46,669 nucleotides of DNA, from sequence record SRR20825010_3322; one strand, given 5' to 3'. Below the pieces are notes generated by a model, which saw only the letters and a list, made by a program, of their open reading frames with translations, had not been told where the DNA came from and did no database searches. Shown piece after piece: positions 19,718 to 29,496 of the stretch; the stretch's first letter is position 1, and every line of letters begins with the position of its first letter. The translations under genes were made by a program, and so were the position numbers.

Positions 19718-20317
19718 CTAACGCTTGCGGGTAAATGCGCCATTGCGATTTAAAATTTTTATACATGTAAGCGCAGAGGCGTTCGCAATTTTTAGCCCCC
19801 GGTCCAGCACTTGGCCTAGCTGTTCATCATAATGTTCTTTTGCCTCAGATTCTTTATACTTGGCACCTAATTGATCTGAGGCAGCGATTATCGCAGCGTA
19901 TATTTGTTCCCAATTCTGTTGAGTTCTCTGAATCTGTTTATAGCAGTCGATAAACTCCACCGCGTCGTTGCCTAGGAGCCCTAGATGAGGTAGCGCCAGA
20001 TCATACGAGTCACAAGTTAACTTGCGGAGCGTTGGTAGATGGTTTTCTCTTGGGATACTTCTAATTTCTTCTATTAATTTACGTGTAATTGCGAGCTCAA
20101 CCACCAGAGCCCCAAAGATATTATAGGCTCCTTTTTTGGGTGTGATGAATATGGAATAGAAGCTTATGAATACCATTGCGAGTGTGGCTAACGTTGCGGC
20201 AATTTCCCAATCTTCTTTGCTAAAAGAAATAGCTCTCTCGGCTACAAATATGCCCCAGCCGGTTCCTATGAAGAACCCTACCCCTCCTATAACCAGCCAC
20301 TCTGTCGATAATTTCAT
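19718..20317 (-). CDS. Hypothetical membrane protein, AT-rich
   Basis: 199-aa ORF with two N-terminal hydrophobic segments directly after trmFO; composition visibly more AT-rich than flanks. Confidence 0.65.
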   Translation of the reverse strand: MKLSTEWLVIGGVGFFIGTGWGIFVAERAISFSKEDWEIAATLATLAMVFISFYSIFITPKKGAYNIFGALVVELAITRKLIEEIRSIPRENHLPTLRKLTCDSYDLALPHLGLLGNDAVEFIDCYKQIQRTQQNWEQIYAAIIAASDQLGAKYKESEAKEHYDEQLGQVLDRGLKIANASALTCIKILNRNGAFTRKR

Positions 20318-20323
20318 TTCGAT

Positions 20324-21661
20324 TTATCTTTCTATCTCAGCCTTCCATGCCTCAAGGGCTTCAAGGGCGCGGCGGCTCATGGCCGGTTTGCGTTCTTTCT
20401 TATACACTTTGCCTTCAAGCGGCGGAAACAGGCCGAAATTCACATTCATGGGCTGGAAGGTTTTGGCATCCGCACCGCCAGTGATGTGGCTGATAAGCGC
20501 ACCAAAAGCCGTGGTTTCAGGCGGGGTGGTGGGTGTACCGCCCTTGCGCTCTGTCGCGGCCATGCGGCCCGCCATCAGGCCCATGGCGGCTGATTCCACA
20601 TAACCTTCAACGCCAGTCACTTGCCCCGCGAACCGGAGGCGGGGGTCTGCTTTCATGCGCATCATACCGTCCAGCACCTTGGGGCTGTTGAGGAAGGTAT
20701 TGCGGTGCAAGCCGCCAAGGCGGAAGAAGGTGGCATTCTCAAGCCCCGGGATCTTCTTGAAAATACGCTGTTGCTCGCCATACTTCAGCTTGGTTTGGAA
20801 GCCGACCATATTGTAGAGCGTGCCGAGCTTGTTATCCTGCCGAAGCTGCACCACGGCATAGGGTTTTTCGTCCCAATGCGGGCAGGTTAGGCCCACCGGT
20901 TTCATCGGGCCAAAGCGCAGCGTTTCCGGCCCACGTTCCGCCATCACTTCAATGGGCATGCAGCCTTCAAAATAGGGGGTGTCTTTCTCCCACTGTTTGA
21001 AATCTGTCTTCTCGCCGGTGTTGAGGTCATGAATGAACTCTTCATACTGGGCTTTGGTCATCGGCAGGTTGATATAATCTGCGCCGTCACCCTTGTCATA
21101 CCGGCTTTGATACCATGCGATATCGAAGTTGATGCTTTCCTTGTCGATAATCGGGGCAATGGCATCAAAAAACGCGAGGCTGTCTTCACCGCACAGCTCC
21201 AGCACCGCACTTGAGAGCGCTGGGCTTGTGAGCGGGCCGGTGGCGATGATCACATTGTCCCAATCCTTAGGGGGCAGGCCTTCAATTTCGCCGCGCTCAA
21301 TGGTGATGAGGGGGTGATTGTTTAAAATGCCAGTAACTTCTTCCGAGAAACCGTCACGGTCTACCGCCAGAGCCGAGCCCGCTGGCACCTTGTGTTTCTC
21401 AGCCGCTGTCATGATAAGGGAGTTCAGCTTGCGCATTTCCTCGTGCAACAGGCCAACCGCGTTATTGACAGCATCGTCTGAACGGAAAGAGTTGGAGCAT
21501 ACAAGCTCGGCCAGGCCATCTGTGTGGTGCGCGTCGGTTTTACGCACAGGGCGCATTTCATGCAGGATAACGGGCACGCCCATCTCTGCCGCCTGCCATG
21601 CGGCCTCTGAGCCCGCGAGGCCGCCGCCGATGATATGGATTTCCTTAAACTCGTTTGCCAT
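20324..21661 (-). CDS. trmFO: FAD/methylenetetrahydrofolate-dependent tRNA (U54) methyltransferase
   Basis: [56 protein letters not shown]. Confidence 0.98.
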   Translation of the reverse strand: MANEFKEIHIIGGGLAGSEAAWQAAEMGVPVILHEMRPVRKTDAHHTDGLAELVCSNSFRSDDAVNNAVGLLHEEMRKLNSLIMTAAEKHKVPAGSALAVDRDGFSEEVTGILNNHPLITIERGEIEGLPPKDWDNVIIATGPLTSPALSSAVLELCGEDSLAFFDAIAPIIDKESINFDIAWYQSRYDKGDGADYINLPMTKAQYEEFIHDLNTGEKTDFKQWEKDTPYFEGCMPIEVMAERGPETLRFGPMKPVGLTCPHWDEKPYAVVQLRQDNKLGTLYNMVGFQTKLKYGEQQRIFKKIPGLENATFFRLGGLHRNTFLNSPKVLDGMMRMKADPRLRFAGQVTGVEGYVESAAMGLMAGRMAATERKGGTPTTPPETTAFGALISHITGGADAKTFQPMNVNFGLFPPLEGKVYKKERKPAMSRRALEALEAWKAEIER

Positions 21662-21762
21662 GCCGCTACACCTTACATTAGCTTGTCTCATTGCGGGCTT
21701 ATTTACTGGACTTGGCGCCAAGATGTAAGGGAAAAGATGCGGGATGTGTAAGCAGATGAAGG

Positions 21763-22923
21763 GTGAGGGCAAAGGTGGCGCTTAAGGCACGGCAGATATT
21801 GACGCTGTTGAGCGAATGGCCGCACCGCGGTGTGGGCTCGGACGAGGAGATGGAAGCGCGCGAGATGCTGATGGCGCACCTCACCGGCGAGATTGGCGTT
21901 GAGGTGGCGGAAGAGGGTTTTTTCACCCCGCGTTCCTACCTGCCGTTCTTTTGGGCTATTGCCCTCAGCCAGTGTTTTTTCATCGCCTTCAGTGGTTATG
22001 GCTCGTTGGTTATGGCCGCTGGTGGCCTAATGGTCCTTATCAGCCATATGCGCTTTTTTGACTGGCGGGTGACACGGCCCATTTGGCTGCTGGCGCGCAC
22101 CACAACGGCTAATTTGGTGGCGAAAAAGGGTGCGGGACGACGGCTGATCATCTTGATGGCGCATATCGACAGCGCGCCAGCCTCTTTTGCCTATCGGCCT
22201 GAGCAGGTGCCGCATTTCAAAACATCGGTATACCTGAGCACCGGCATCATATCGCTCGGGTTTCTGGTGCCGCTGGCGTCCCTTTCGGGCCTTGACGTGC
22301 CGTGGTTCATCAAAGCACCCATTATCCTGCTCACCATCGCACAAGTGGTGATGGCAAGCCTGGATTTCTGGCGTTTTGGCTATACGCCGGGGGCGAACGA
22401 TAACCTGACGGGTGTTGCGGCGGCCACGGAAGTTGCCTCCCGCCTGTGGGCCAAAATGCCGGAGGGCGCTGAGGTGAGGCTTGTGATCACCACGGCGGAA
22501 GAAGCGGGCATGCTGGGCGCGCAGCACTATTGGGAACAGCACCATGAGGAGCTGAAAGCACGCGATACCCATGTGCTGAATTTCGATACGGTCGGCTTTG
22601 GCCAGCTCTCGTTTGTGCTGGAGAGTGGCGGCTTTACGCCGGTGTATTATGATGGAGCCCTGCCGCACGCGGCCCACGCGCTAACCAAATTAAACAAGCG
22701 CTTTGCTGGTGTGAAGGAAGCCAAACACCATGTGGGTGATTTTGACAGCGTGTGGTTCTGCCGGGACGGTATCTCATCGCTCACCATCGCGGCCTATGAT
22801 GAAAACGGCATGATGCCGTATATCCACACCATGGAAGACAGGGCGGAACATCTTGACCTGGATGTGATGGATGAAGCGGTCGCTTTTGGCGAAGCGATTA
22901 TCCGCACACTGCCAAAACGATAA
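21763..22923 (+). CDS. Membrane-embedded M28 family peptidase
   Basis: AHIDS, PGANDN.TG, AEEAG, NFDTVG, IHT; several TM segments. Confidence 0.85.
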   Translation: MRAKVALKARQILTLLSEWPHRGVGSDEEMEAREMLMAHLTGEIGVEVAEEGFFTPRSYLPFFWAIALSQCFFIAFSGYGSLVMAAGGLMVLISHMRFFDWRVTRPIWLLARTTTANLVAKKGAGRRLIILMAHIDSAPASFAYRPEQVPHFKTSVYLSTGIISLGFLVPLASLSGLDVPWFIKAPIILLTIAQVVMASLDFWRFGYTPGANDNLTGVAAATEVASRLWAKMPEGAEVRLVITTAEEAGMLGAQHYWEQHHEELKARDTHVLNFDTVGFGQLSFVLESGGFTPVYYDGALPHAAHALTKLNKRFAGVKEAKHHVGDFDSVWFCRDGISSLTIAAYDENGMMPYIHTMEDRAEHLDLDVMDEAVAFGEAIIRTLPKR

Positions 22924-22942
22924 ACTATAAGGAGACGACAAT

Positions 22943-23482
22943 ATGCGTGCAGAGGATATCTTGAATTTCTGGTTTAATGAGATCAGTGAGAAAAGCTGGT
23001 GGGAAAAGTCCAAAAGCTTTGATGATGTGATCCGCAGGCGGTTCCTTGGGGTATATGAAGCCGCGGTGCGGGGTGAACTTGCGCATTGGCGGGACACGAT
23101 CCGTGGCCGGTTGGCGGAGATCATTGTGCTCGACCAGTTTCCGCGCAATATGTTCCGTGATGACGCGCGCGCGTTCCAAGCCGACGCCCTCGCGCTTATG
23201 CTAAGCCAGGAAGCGGTGCGCGCAGGCGGTTATGAGAATTGGCCCGCCTCGTGGCGCGCCTTCCTGTTCATGCCCTATATGCATAGCGAGAGTGCCAAAG
23301 TGCAGGAAGACTGCATCAAGCTGTTTGAGGGGCCGGGGCTTGAGAATAACCTGGATTTTGCGCACCGGCATAAGGCGATCATTGACCGGTTTGGCCGTTA
23401 CCCGCACCGGAATGACATTCTGGGCCGTAAAAGTACGCCGGAAGAAGTCGAGTTCCTGAAAAAGCCCGGTAGCAGTTTTTAA
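22943..23482 (+). CDS. DUF924 family protein
   Basis: IIVLDQFPRN, FMPYMHSE, FGRYPHRN.ILGR.ST. Confidence 0.92.
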   Translation: MRAEDILNFWFNEISEKSWWEKSKSFDDVIRRRFLGVYEAAVRGELAHWRDTIRGRLAEIIVLDQFPRNMFRDDARAFQADALALMLSQEAVRAGGYENWPASWRAFLFMPYMHSESAKVQEDCIKLFEGPGLENNLDFAHRHKAIIDRFGRYPHRNDILGRKSTPEEVEFLKKPGSSF

Positions 23483-23491
23483 AAAACTTAA

Positions 23492-24325
23492 TTAAGGCAA
23501 AGGTGCTGGCTTCATGCCCGCTTCAACATAGATGCGGGCACGGTAGCTGGCCCATATCTCGTTATAGGCGCCATTATCGCGGATTTTATCAAGCGCCGTA
23601 TCAAACGCGTCGCACATTTCCTGATCATGGAAGCGGGCGACATAGTGGCTTGCGGGCATGACCTTGTGGGTATCAAGCGCCATATATTCCCCCGTCTGGT
23701 CAAGGTGGCGCTTTTGCGCTAGACGCAAAATCCAGTTATCACCCACAGCCACGTCAAACCGTCCTTTATAGAGCAGGGAGATATGCGTGCCCTGATCACC
23801 GCTTTCCGTATAGCGGCGGGAGAGTTGTACTGCATCCGAGAACGTTTTTCCCAGGTAACGCGTGGCACCAGAGAAGGAAATCACCGCAAAGTTCGAAAGA
23901 TCGTTGAGTGTGTCGACTTTCAGCTGCCGAGAGCCGACCGTGAGTGCAACATTCTGGTGCTCGATATACCATTTGGTGGCGCAGCCGACGTTTGAAGCTT
24001 TCACATTCTGGGTCAGGATGCCGTCAAGCTGGTTATCTTCAAACGAGGAGATCATGCGAATGCGCGGCAGTTGAACAAATTCAATGCCAAAGTTACTTTC
24101 CTTGAAGACAGCCTTCACGAGATCAATCTCGATCCCTGACTCCGCATTTTCATAAACATAAGGCGGAAGGAAATGCCGTGTGGCGACACGGATGATTTTC
24201 TCAGGAATCGGTCGCGACTGGGGTTGCGCATGGGCTGTGCCGCCCAAAGAAAACGCTATGGTCGCAGAAAATATAGCTTTGATTGTATCAGGGATTATAG
24301 ATTTTCTACTAAACAGCGGCGTCAA
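23492..24325 (-). CDS. Periplasmic substrate-binding protein (family 3-like)
   Basis: Signal peptide; PPY..SGIEID, L..GRFD, FD.AL..I...G.Y..I. Confidence 0.85.
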   Translation of the reverse strand: MTPLFSRKSIIPDTIKAIFSATIAFSLGGTAHAQPQSRPIPEKIIRVATRHFLPPYVYENAESGIEIDLVKAVFKESNFGIEFVQLPRIRMISSFEDNQLDGILTQNVKASNVGCATKWYIEHQNVALTVGSRQLKVDTLNDLSNFAVISFSGATRYLGKTFSDAVQLSRRYTESGDQGTHISLLYKGRFDVAVGDNWILRLAQKRHLDQTGEYMALDTHKVMPASHYVARFHDQEMCDAFDTALDKIRDNGAYNEIWASYRARIYVEAGMKPAPLP

Positions 24326-24536
24326 GGTTTTGTCTTTCCCTGTGTAACTACGGCCGCCTTTGCGGGCCTTAAACTTAAAACACCCCGCATCATGACAGGG
24401 TTAAGTAAATAAAGTCCTACCCGCAATCTAGGCAGATAAGCTAATTTCCACAAGCGTTGAAACGCAGACAGGGGAAAAATCCGACAACGCTGTCAGTCAG
24501 CATTATCGGATTTTGGACCTGGTTTACCCGTTAGTA

Positions 24537-26144
24537 TCAAGAAGATGAGCGGTTCAATATTTTTCCGCTCGGATAGGTGATCCGATACTCATGTTGGATC
24601 TCCCATACTTCACCGGGCTTTAGTTCCTTCTGCCACACAATGACGCCAGCTTTACCGTCTTTGTCGGTAATGCTCGCAGGTGTCGCGCCTTGCAAAAGCT
24701 CAACCTTCACATCTTCGTGGGCAGAAACAGGCATGCGGTCTGTCACTTCAACGATTGCTGCCTTCTTACGTTGATTAGTGATGCGGTAGATCACTTTTTT
24801 TTCCACCACATTTTTTTTGGAAATGAAGCCAGTGTCACCGTCGTGGGACGGTACGGTTATGGTTTCCACCTTGATGCCACTGTCAGCCCCAAAGGGAAGT
24901 GACGTTTCTTCGCCAGGCACCAACTGTGGCCAACTCCCTTTACCGGCATAGAAGCCGTCCCGGCTCAGCCGCGCAGTGACGTTATCGAGCCTTGGCAGAC
25001 CTTCAAGTGTCACGTCGGCATAAACATAAGCGTGTCTGGCATCAAACCGGGGGGTCACACGGGTTATGATATCGGCATTCAGGCTGACTTCATCCATCTT
25101 GAACTGCTGCGGTGTGCCGGAGGTTGGTACATCCGCCGGGGTGTTGATGGTGAACTCCATATCATAGGTCGTGGCGCTTTGGCTGGCGCCGTATCGCGCA
25201 CTCTCCATCTTCATGTCGTTGAGCTGACGGGCAGCGGCGGGGGCAGGGGCCGCCATCTCCATCTGGTCTGCGGCGTAATATTCCTCCCGCTCGCGGGGGC
25301 GCAGGAACTCAGGCACCATCTCAGGCGCTGCAATAGTCCATGACGGACGAGCGGTTGAAAGGCTCAGGGTTACATCGTCCCACGCTTCACCGCTTGACTG
25401 CATCACATCTGCCTTAAGCGTGATGCCGGCCTGTTTGGCCTCACTATCAAGGTCTGCTTCCGTGGTGATACCCCACCGGGCGTTGCCAACAAGGTAGCTG
25501 ACATCAAAAGTATAATCGCCGCTTTTGGGCACATTCACCGTGATCACCGCGTCATAGCTCTGGTCATTACCGCTACCAAGCGCATTGAACTCACGCTCAA
25601 GCGCCTGCACCAGCTCGGCCTGGTCTATGCGAGTGATATTAAGTGCTTCCTTGTCGCTCATCAGCTTCGCACCGGTGTCGCCGATAAACTCGAGAGCGGC
25701 CTGCCATGATTTTGGGTCGCCGGACGCATTGTTGTTACCGCCAATGCCGTTCAGGTAGGCGAGGCGCATGTCGATGGCCTTGATTTTATTGTCGGTGGCG
25801 TTGAGTTCCGCGCGCGCCGCTTTCAGGCGTTCCACAAGTGCGGCTTGCGCGCCGGTATAGTTCCGCGGCATGAAGCTCAGCTTGTTGCGCACGCCACCAA
25901 CCTCGATACCATCAGCAAAAGCGTGGATGCCGTAATTCTCGTCAAGGCGTGATGTCAGGCCCATCAGGGTGATCGTGTGTTCACCCGGCGGCAAGGTAAG
26001 CTCACCCCCACGGCGCACAACAGCACCACCGGTTTGGTAGACCGTGACTGCCTCGATCGGGGCGGTGAGCGTGAAGTCATCCGCCTCAGCAGCTGGCACA
26101 GCAAAAATTGCAAGAAATGGAAGCACAGAGAGTTGCGGTTTCAT
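24537..26144 (-). CDS. DUF4140/DUF4139 (mucoidy inhibitor MuiA-like) secreted protein
   Basis: I.AVTVY..GA.V.R, coiled coil, SY.V..A.W, Q.SGE.W..V.LSLST, FG.D, D..PVS. Confidence 0.88.
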   Translation of the reverse strand: MKPQLSVLPFLAIFAVPAAEADDFTLTAPIEAVTVYQTGGAVVRRGGELTLPPGEHTITLMGLTSRLDENYGIHAFADGIEVGGVRNKLSFMPRNYTGAQAALVERLKAARAELNATDNKIKAIDMRLAYLNGIGGNNNASGDPKSWQAALEFIGDTGAKLMSDKEALNITRIDQAELVQALEREFNALGSGNDQSYDAVITVNVPKSGDYTFDVSYLVGNARWGITTEADLDSEAKQAGITLKADVMQSSGEAWDDVTLSLSTARPSWTIAAPEMVPEFLRPREREEYYAADQMEMAAPAPAAARQLNDMKMESARYGASQSATTYDMEFTINTPADVPTSGTPQQFKMDEVSLNADIITRVTPRFDARHAYVYADVTLEGLPRLDNVTARLSRDGFYAGKGSWPQLVPGEETSLPFGADSGIKVETITVPSHDGDTGFISKKNVVEKKVIYRITNQRKKAAIVEVTDRMPVSAHEDVKVELLQGATPASITDKDGKAGVIVWQKELKPGEVWEIQHEYRITYPSGKILNRSSS

Positions 26145-26305
26145 AATCACCCCATTGGTTGGTGTTTTGTCCCGAGAAATCTGAATTTCGGGATCGTCCT
26201 GTTCTCACCTGAATGCCTGAAGGCACCTGAATGACAGATGAAGCATATAATCATGTTAACTTCATGGCGGCCATGGGGGCAGTGATAGGTGGGAAGATGG
26301 GCCAA

Positions 26306-27814
26306 TCAGGTGAGGGCCTTGCGCACACTTGGCAGGATACGGCGGCTTACCGGCACGGTTTCACCGGTGGTGAGAATGAGCTGAGCGCCAGAAGCTTCAC
26401 GCTCAAGCGCCCTGATAAAAGCCGTGTTCACGAGATAAGACCGGTGCACACGCAGAAAGGTGCCCGGTAGCTCAGTTTCCATGTCGTTCAGGCTTTGGCT
26501 GTGCAGCACGGGGGCACGGCCTTTCACCGTAAGCTCGACATAATCCCCGGCTCCTTTGCAAAAGGCGATATCGCTTGTGGGGATAAATTCCACCTTGCCA
26601 GCGCTGGTGATCTTGATGTTGGTGGGGCTTTCCCGTTCCCGGCTTTCGTCCAGAATAACCTGCAATTTGTCTGCGCGGGCTTTCTCGCGCTCCCGCAAGC
26701 GCCGCTCCCGCTGGTGATCCCGGATCTCGCCGATGAAGAGAAAGAGCAGAAGCCCGGCAACACAATAGTAGAAATAGGTATCAAGAAACTGGGTTGGCGT
26801 GAAAAAGATAAGGCCTGAGAACAGAAACAGTGCGGCCGCGTAACCACCCGCAAGTTTGGCACCGCGTGTGCTCGCATAAACCGCGATCATCATGGCATAC
26901 AAGCTGGGCAATAAAAGTGCGAGGGAGCTTTTGCGGTCGAATCCGTCCGCAAACAGAAGCAGCGCGGCATAAATCACAAGCGAAATGCCTGCGATAAGCC
27001 AGCGGTGTTTGCCAAGAAAACGGGTTAACACGTGAAGAAATAGTGAAACGCCGGTGGCGACGGCAAAAGCAAGAATGAGGACAAGCCTGATATCGTGAAA
27101 CGGGTACAGATAGGGGGTGAAGCCCCGGGACACCTCGGCCAGAAGCTGTGCCGCAGAAAAAAGCGCCGTAAGTGGTATGAGGAGGCGCGGGCCATAGTCC
27201 CTGCGCCGAATAGCCAGAACGCCGAAATAAAGCGCGCCCAGCACCAGGACACCCAGCGGCAGTAGGGATGGCATGTATTCCCGCAAGATGGTGTCTGAGG
27301 GGGCGGCATAGGCCGCGATAGCGATGAAATGGATAGGTGACACCAGGCCTATATACCCATGATGGCCAGACATCTGGATGATAACGGTGTTTTCGCCCGC
27401 ATGAAGCAGGCCGTGAGGCACAGGGAACACTGCGTCCATGCGTCCGGGCACCTCCGCTTCAGCATTGTGCGCAGGTTCACCATTATTGCCTATAAGCTGG
27501 CCATTGACCCAGGCACGGCTCGCTGCCTTGGCGGATATAAAGAGGCCGAGCGGACGCGGGCTATGCGCCATCGTCTCAGGTATATCCACTGTCATACGTA
27601 GCCATATCGCCCGCTTGTGGGGGCTGACAAGACGGCCATTCATGGTGGTGCAGCCATCCCCGCTGAAGCTTGGCGGTATGTTGGTGGAAGAGGCTAGTTC
27701 GCAAACGATCATGGCACCAATATTGACATGCGCAACTTCCTGCGCGGCCGCAGGGCGCAGGCTGCCGATGAGCAAGGCAAGCCACGTTATCAATATCAGC
27801 TGATGTTTTTTCAT
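26306..27814 (-). CDS. Multi-TM membrane sensor with C-terminal LytTR DNA-binding domain
   Basis: Signal peptide, periplasmic beta domain, about 7 TM helices, AGDYVE..FLRVHRSYLVN..VPVSRR. Confidence 0.92.
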   Translation of the reverse strand: MKKHQLILITWLALLIGSLRPAAAQEVAHVNIGAMIVCELASSTNIPPSFSGDGCTTMNGRLVSPHKRAIWLRMTVDIPETMAHSPRPLGLFISAKAASRAWVNGQLIGNNGEPAHNAEAEVPGRMDAVFPVPHGLLHAGENTVIIQMSGHHGYIGLVSPIHFIAIAAYAAPSDTILREYMPSLLPLGVLVLGALYFGVLAIRRRDYGPRLLIPLTALFSAAQLLAEVSRGFTPYLYPFHDIRLVLILAFAVATGVSLFLHVLTRFLGKHRWLIAGISLVIYAALLLFADGFDRKSSLALLLPSLYAMMIAVYASTRGAKLAGGYAAALFLFSGLIFFTPTQFLDTYFYYCVAGLLLFLFIGEIRDHQRERRLREREKARADKLQVILDESRERESPTNIKITSAGKVEFIPTSDIAFCKGAGDYVELTVKGRAPVLHSQSLNDMETELPGTFLRVHRSYLVNTAFIRALEREASGAQLILTTGETVPVSRRILPSVRKALT

Positions 27815-27850
27815 GCCCCAGCTTTCCCCTTTTCAGCCGTGTAAATCAAT

Positions 27851-27880
27851 ACCGCTGACAGATCAGTCACGACCGTTCAC
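27851..27880 (+). promoter_or_regulatory. LytTR-type direct repeat (9 bp - N12 - 9 bp)
   Basis: ACCGCTGAC-agatcagtcacg-ACCGTTCAC between the LytTR gene and the divergent hydrolase. Confidence 0.7.
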
Positions 27881-27951
27881 CGATAAGCGCATGAAAACAT
27901 GAATGAAATTTTCCATGTTGGGTTCAGTTACTGTTTAATGTGGAGAATGAC

Positions 27952-29406
27952 ATGAAAAAAATGATCACGGCAGCGCTGGGCCTTACTATGCTTGGCAACA
28001 CGGCAATTGCGGCACCGGGCGAGGAAGCTTTTGTGTTTGAAGAGAGGGGTGGGGCGACGGTTGACGCCTACCGCGGCAGTATTCAGGTGCAGGAGAACCG
28101 CAACAACCCGGATAGTCGCATGATCCCGGTAAGTTATGTACGGTTCCCGGCTACGGGGGAGCATGATGGTCCACCGATCATCTATCTGGCCGGTGGGCCT
28201 GGTGGCTCTGGCGTGGCGACGGCTAAATATCGCCGCTTCAAGATGTTCATGGCCATGCGGGCTTATGGCGACGTGATCGCGCTTGACCAGCGCGGCACCG
28301 GGGCTTCGAACATATTGCCGGAATGTACGTCCAGCCAGATTGTACCACCCACCAAAAAGATATCTGACGCTGAGTATATCGCCATAGAACGCGCGGCATT
28401 TGACGAGTGCTTTGCTTTCTGGAAAGCCGAAGGTGTTGACGTTGAAGGCTATAACACGGTGGAGAACGCCTGGGATATTGATGCACTTCGGCAGCATCTT
28501 GGCGCAGACAAGGTGGTGCTTTGGGGCACATCCTACGGCAGCCATCTGGCGTTTGCAGCACTCAAACAAATGGGTGACCAGATTGAAAAGGTTGTGCTTT
28601 CAAGTGCCGAAGGGCTGGACCAGACCATCAAACTGCCCGCGCTTACCGACAGGTATTTCGACCGTTTGCAGGCTGTAGTGGACCAGCAACCGGGCCTCAG
28701 TGCCGTATATGGTGATATCAAGGGGCTGATGCGGCGGGTTCATGCCAAGCTGGAGGCTGAGCCTGTATTGTTGCATGTGACGCTAGAGGATGGTGCCACG
28801 ACGGATTATCTGTTCCACCGGCGGGACATGCAGCGCCTTGCATCTGTTTTTGTTTCTGATCCTTGGGGGGTAAAGCGCCTGCTGGCAATGTATCTGGCCA
28901 TGGACAACGGTGTCGTCGCCCCATTTGAGGCGGTGCTTGGCCAGTGGTTTATCCCCGGTGAGCCGATCAAACTGGATGCCATGTCAAACCTGATGGATGT
29001 AGCGTCTGGCATGAGTGATATGCGTCGGAATCTGGTGAAAACACAGGCGAAAGACGCGCTTCTGGCGGATTGGCTTAACTTTACTTACCACTATGATGGT
29101 ATTGCACCTGAGCTGGACCTTGGGGATGACTTCCGTGCGGGCCCGGTTAGCGATGTGCCTGTTTTATTGTTCAGCGGTACGCTTGATGGCCGCACCTATC
29201 TCGAAGGGCAGGAGGAAGCCACAGAAGGCCTCTCAAACCTGACCCGTGTGATCGTTGAAAACGCTGGGCATAACCTCTTTATGTCATCAGATGAGGTGCA
29301 GGAAGCGATCAACCACTTTATGGAAGGCAAGCCGCAGCCTAAAAGCGTAATCACGCTTGAGTTGCCTGACCTTTCGCCGCCCCCAACAATAGGAGAGGGG
29401 CAATAG
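27952..29406 (+). CDS. Secreted alpha/beta hydrolase (tripeptidyl/proline aminopeptidase-like)
   Basis: Signal peptide; GGPGGSG, DQRGTG, GTSYG nucleophile, G..D..T, AGH. Confidence 0.9.
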   Translation: MKKMITAALGLTMLGNTAIAAPGEEAFVFEERGGATVDAYRGSIQVQENRNNPDSRMIPVSYVRFPATGEHDGPPIIYLAGGPGGSGVATAKYRRFKMFMAMRAYGDVIALDQRGTGASNILPECTSSQIVPPTKKISDAEYIAIERAAFDECFAFWKAEGVDVEGYNTVENAWDIDALRQHLGADKVVLWGTSYGSHLAFAALKQMGDQIEKVVLSSAEGLDQTIKLPALTDRYFDRLQAVVDQQPGLSAVYGDIKGLMRRVHAKLEAEPVLLHVTLEDGATTDYLFHRRDMQRLASVFVSDPWGVKRLLAMYLAMDNGVVAPFEAVLGQWFIPGEPIKLDAMSNLMDVASGMSDMRRNLVKTQAKDALLADWLNFTYHYDGIAPELDLGDDFRAGPVSDVPVLLFSGTLDGRTYLEGQEEATEGLSNLTRVIVENAGHNLFMSSDEVQEAINHFMEGKPQPKSVITLELPDLSPPPTIGEGQ

Positions 29407-29414
29407 AGAAACTT

Positions 29415-29488
29415 CTGTCATGCCCCGCGTAGGCGGGCATCCAGCCGCTGCCACCAATGCTGGACTCCCGCTTTCGCGGGAGTGACAG
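29415..29488. repeat. Palindromic REP-like element, copy 2
   Basis: GTCATGCCC..GCGGGCATCCAG--spacer--CTGGACTCCCGC-tttc-GCGGGAGTGAC between convergent genes. Confidence 0.85.
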
Positions 29489-29496
29489 CATTGGGC

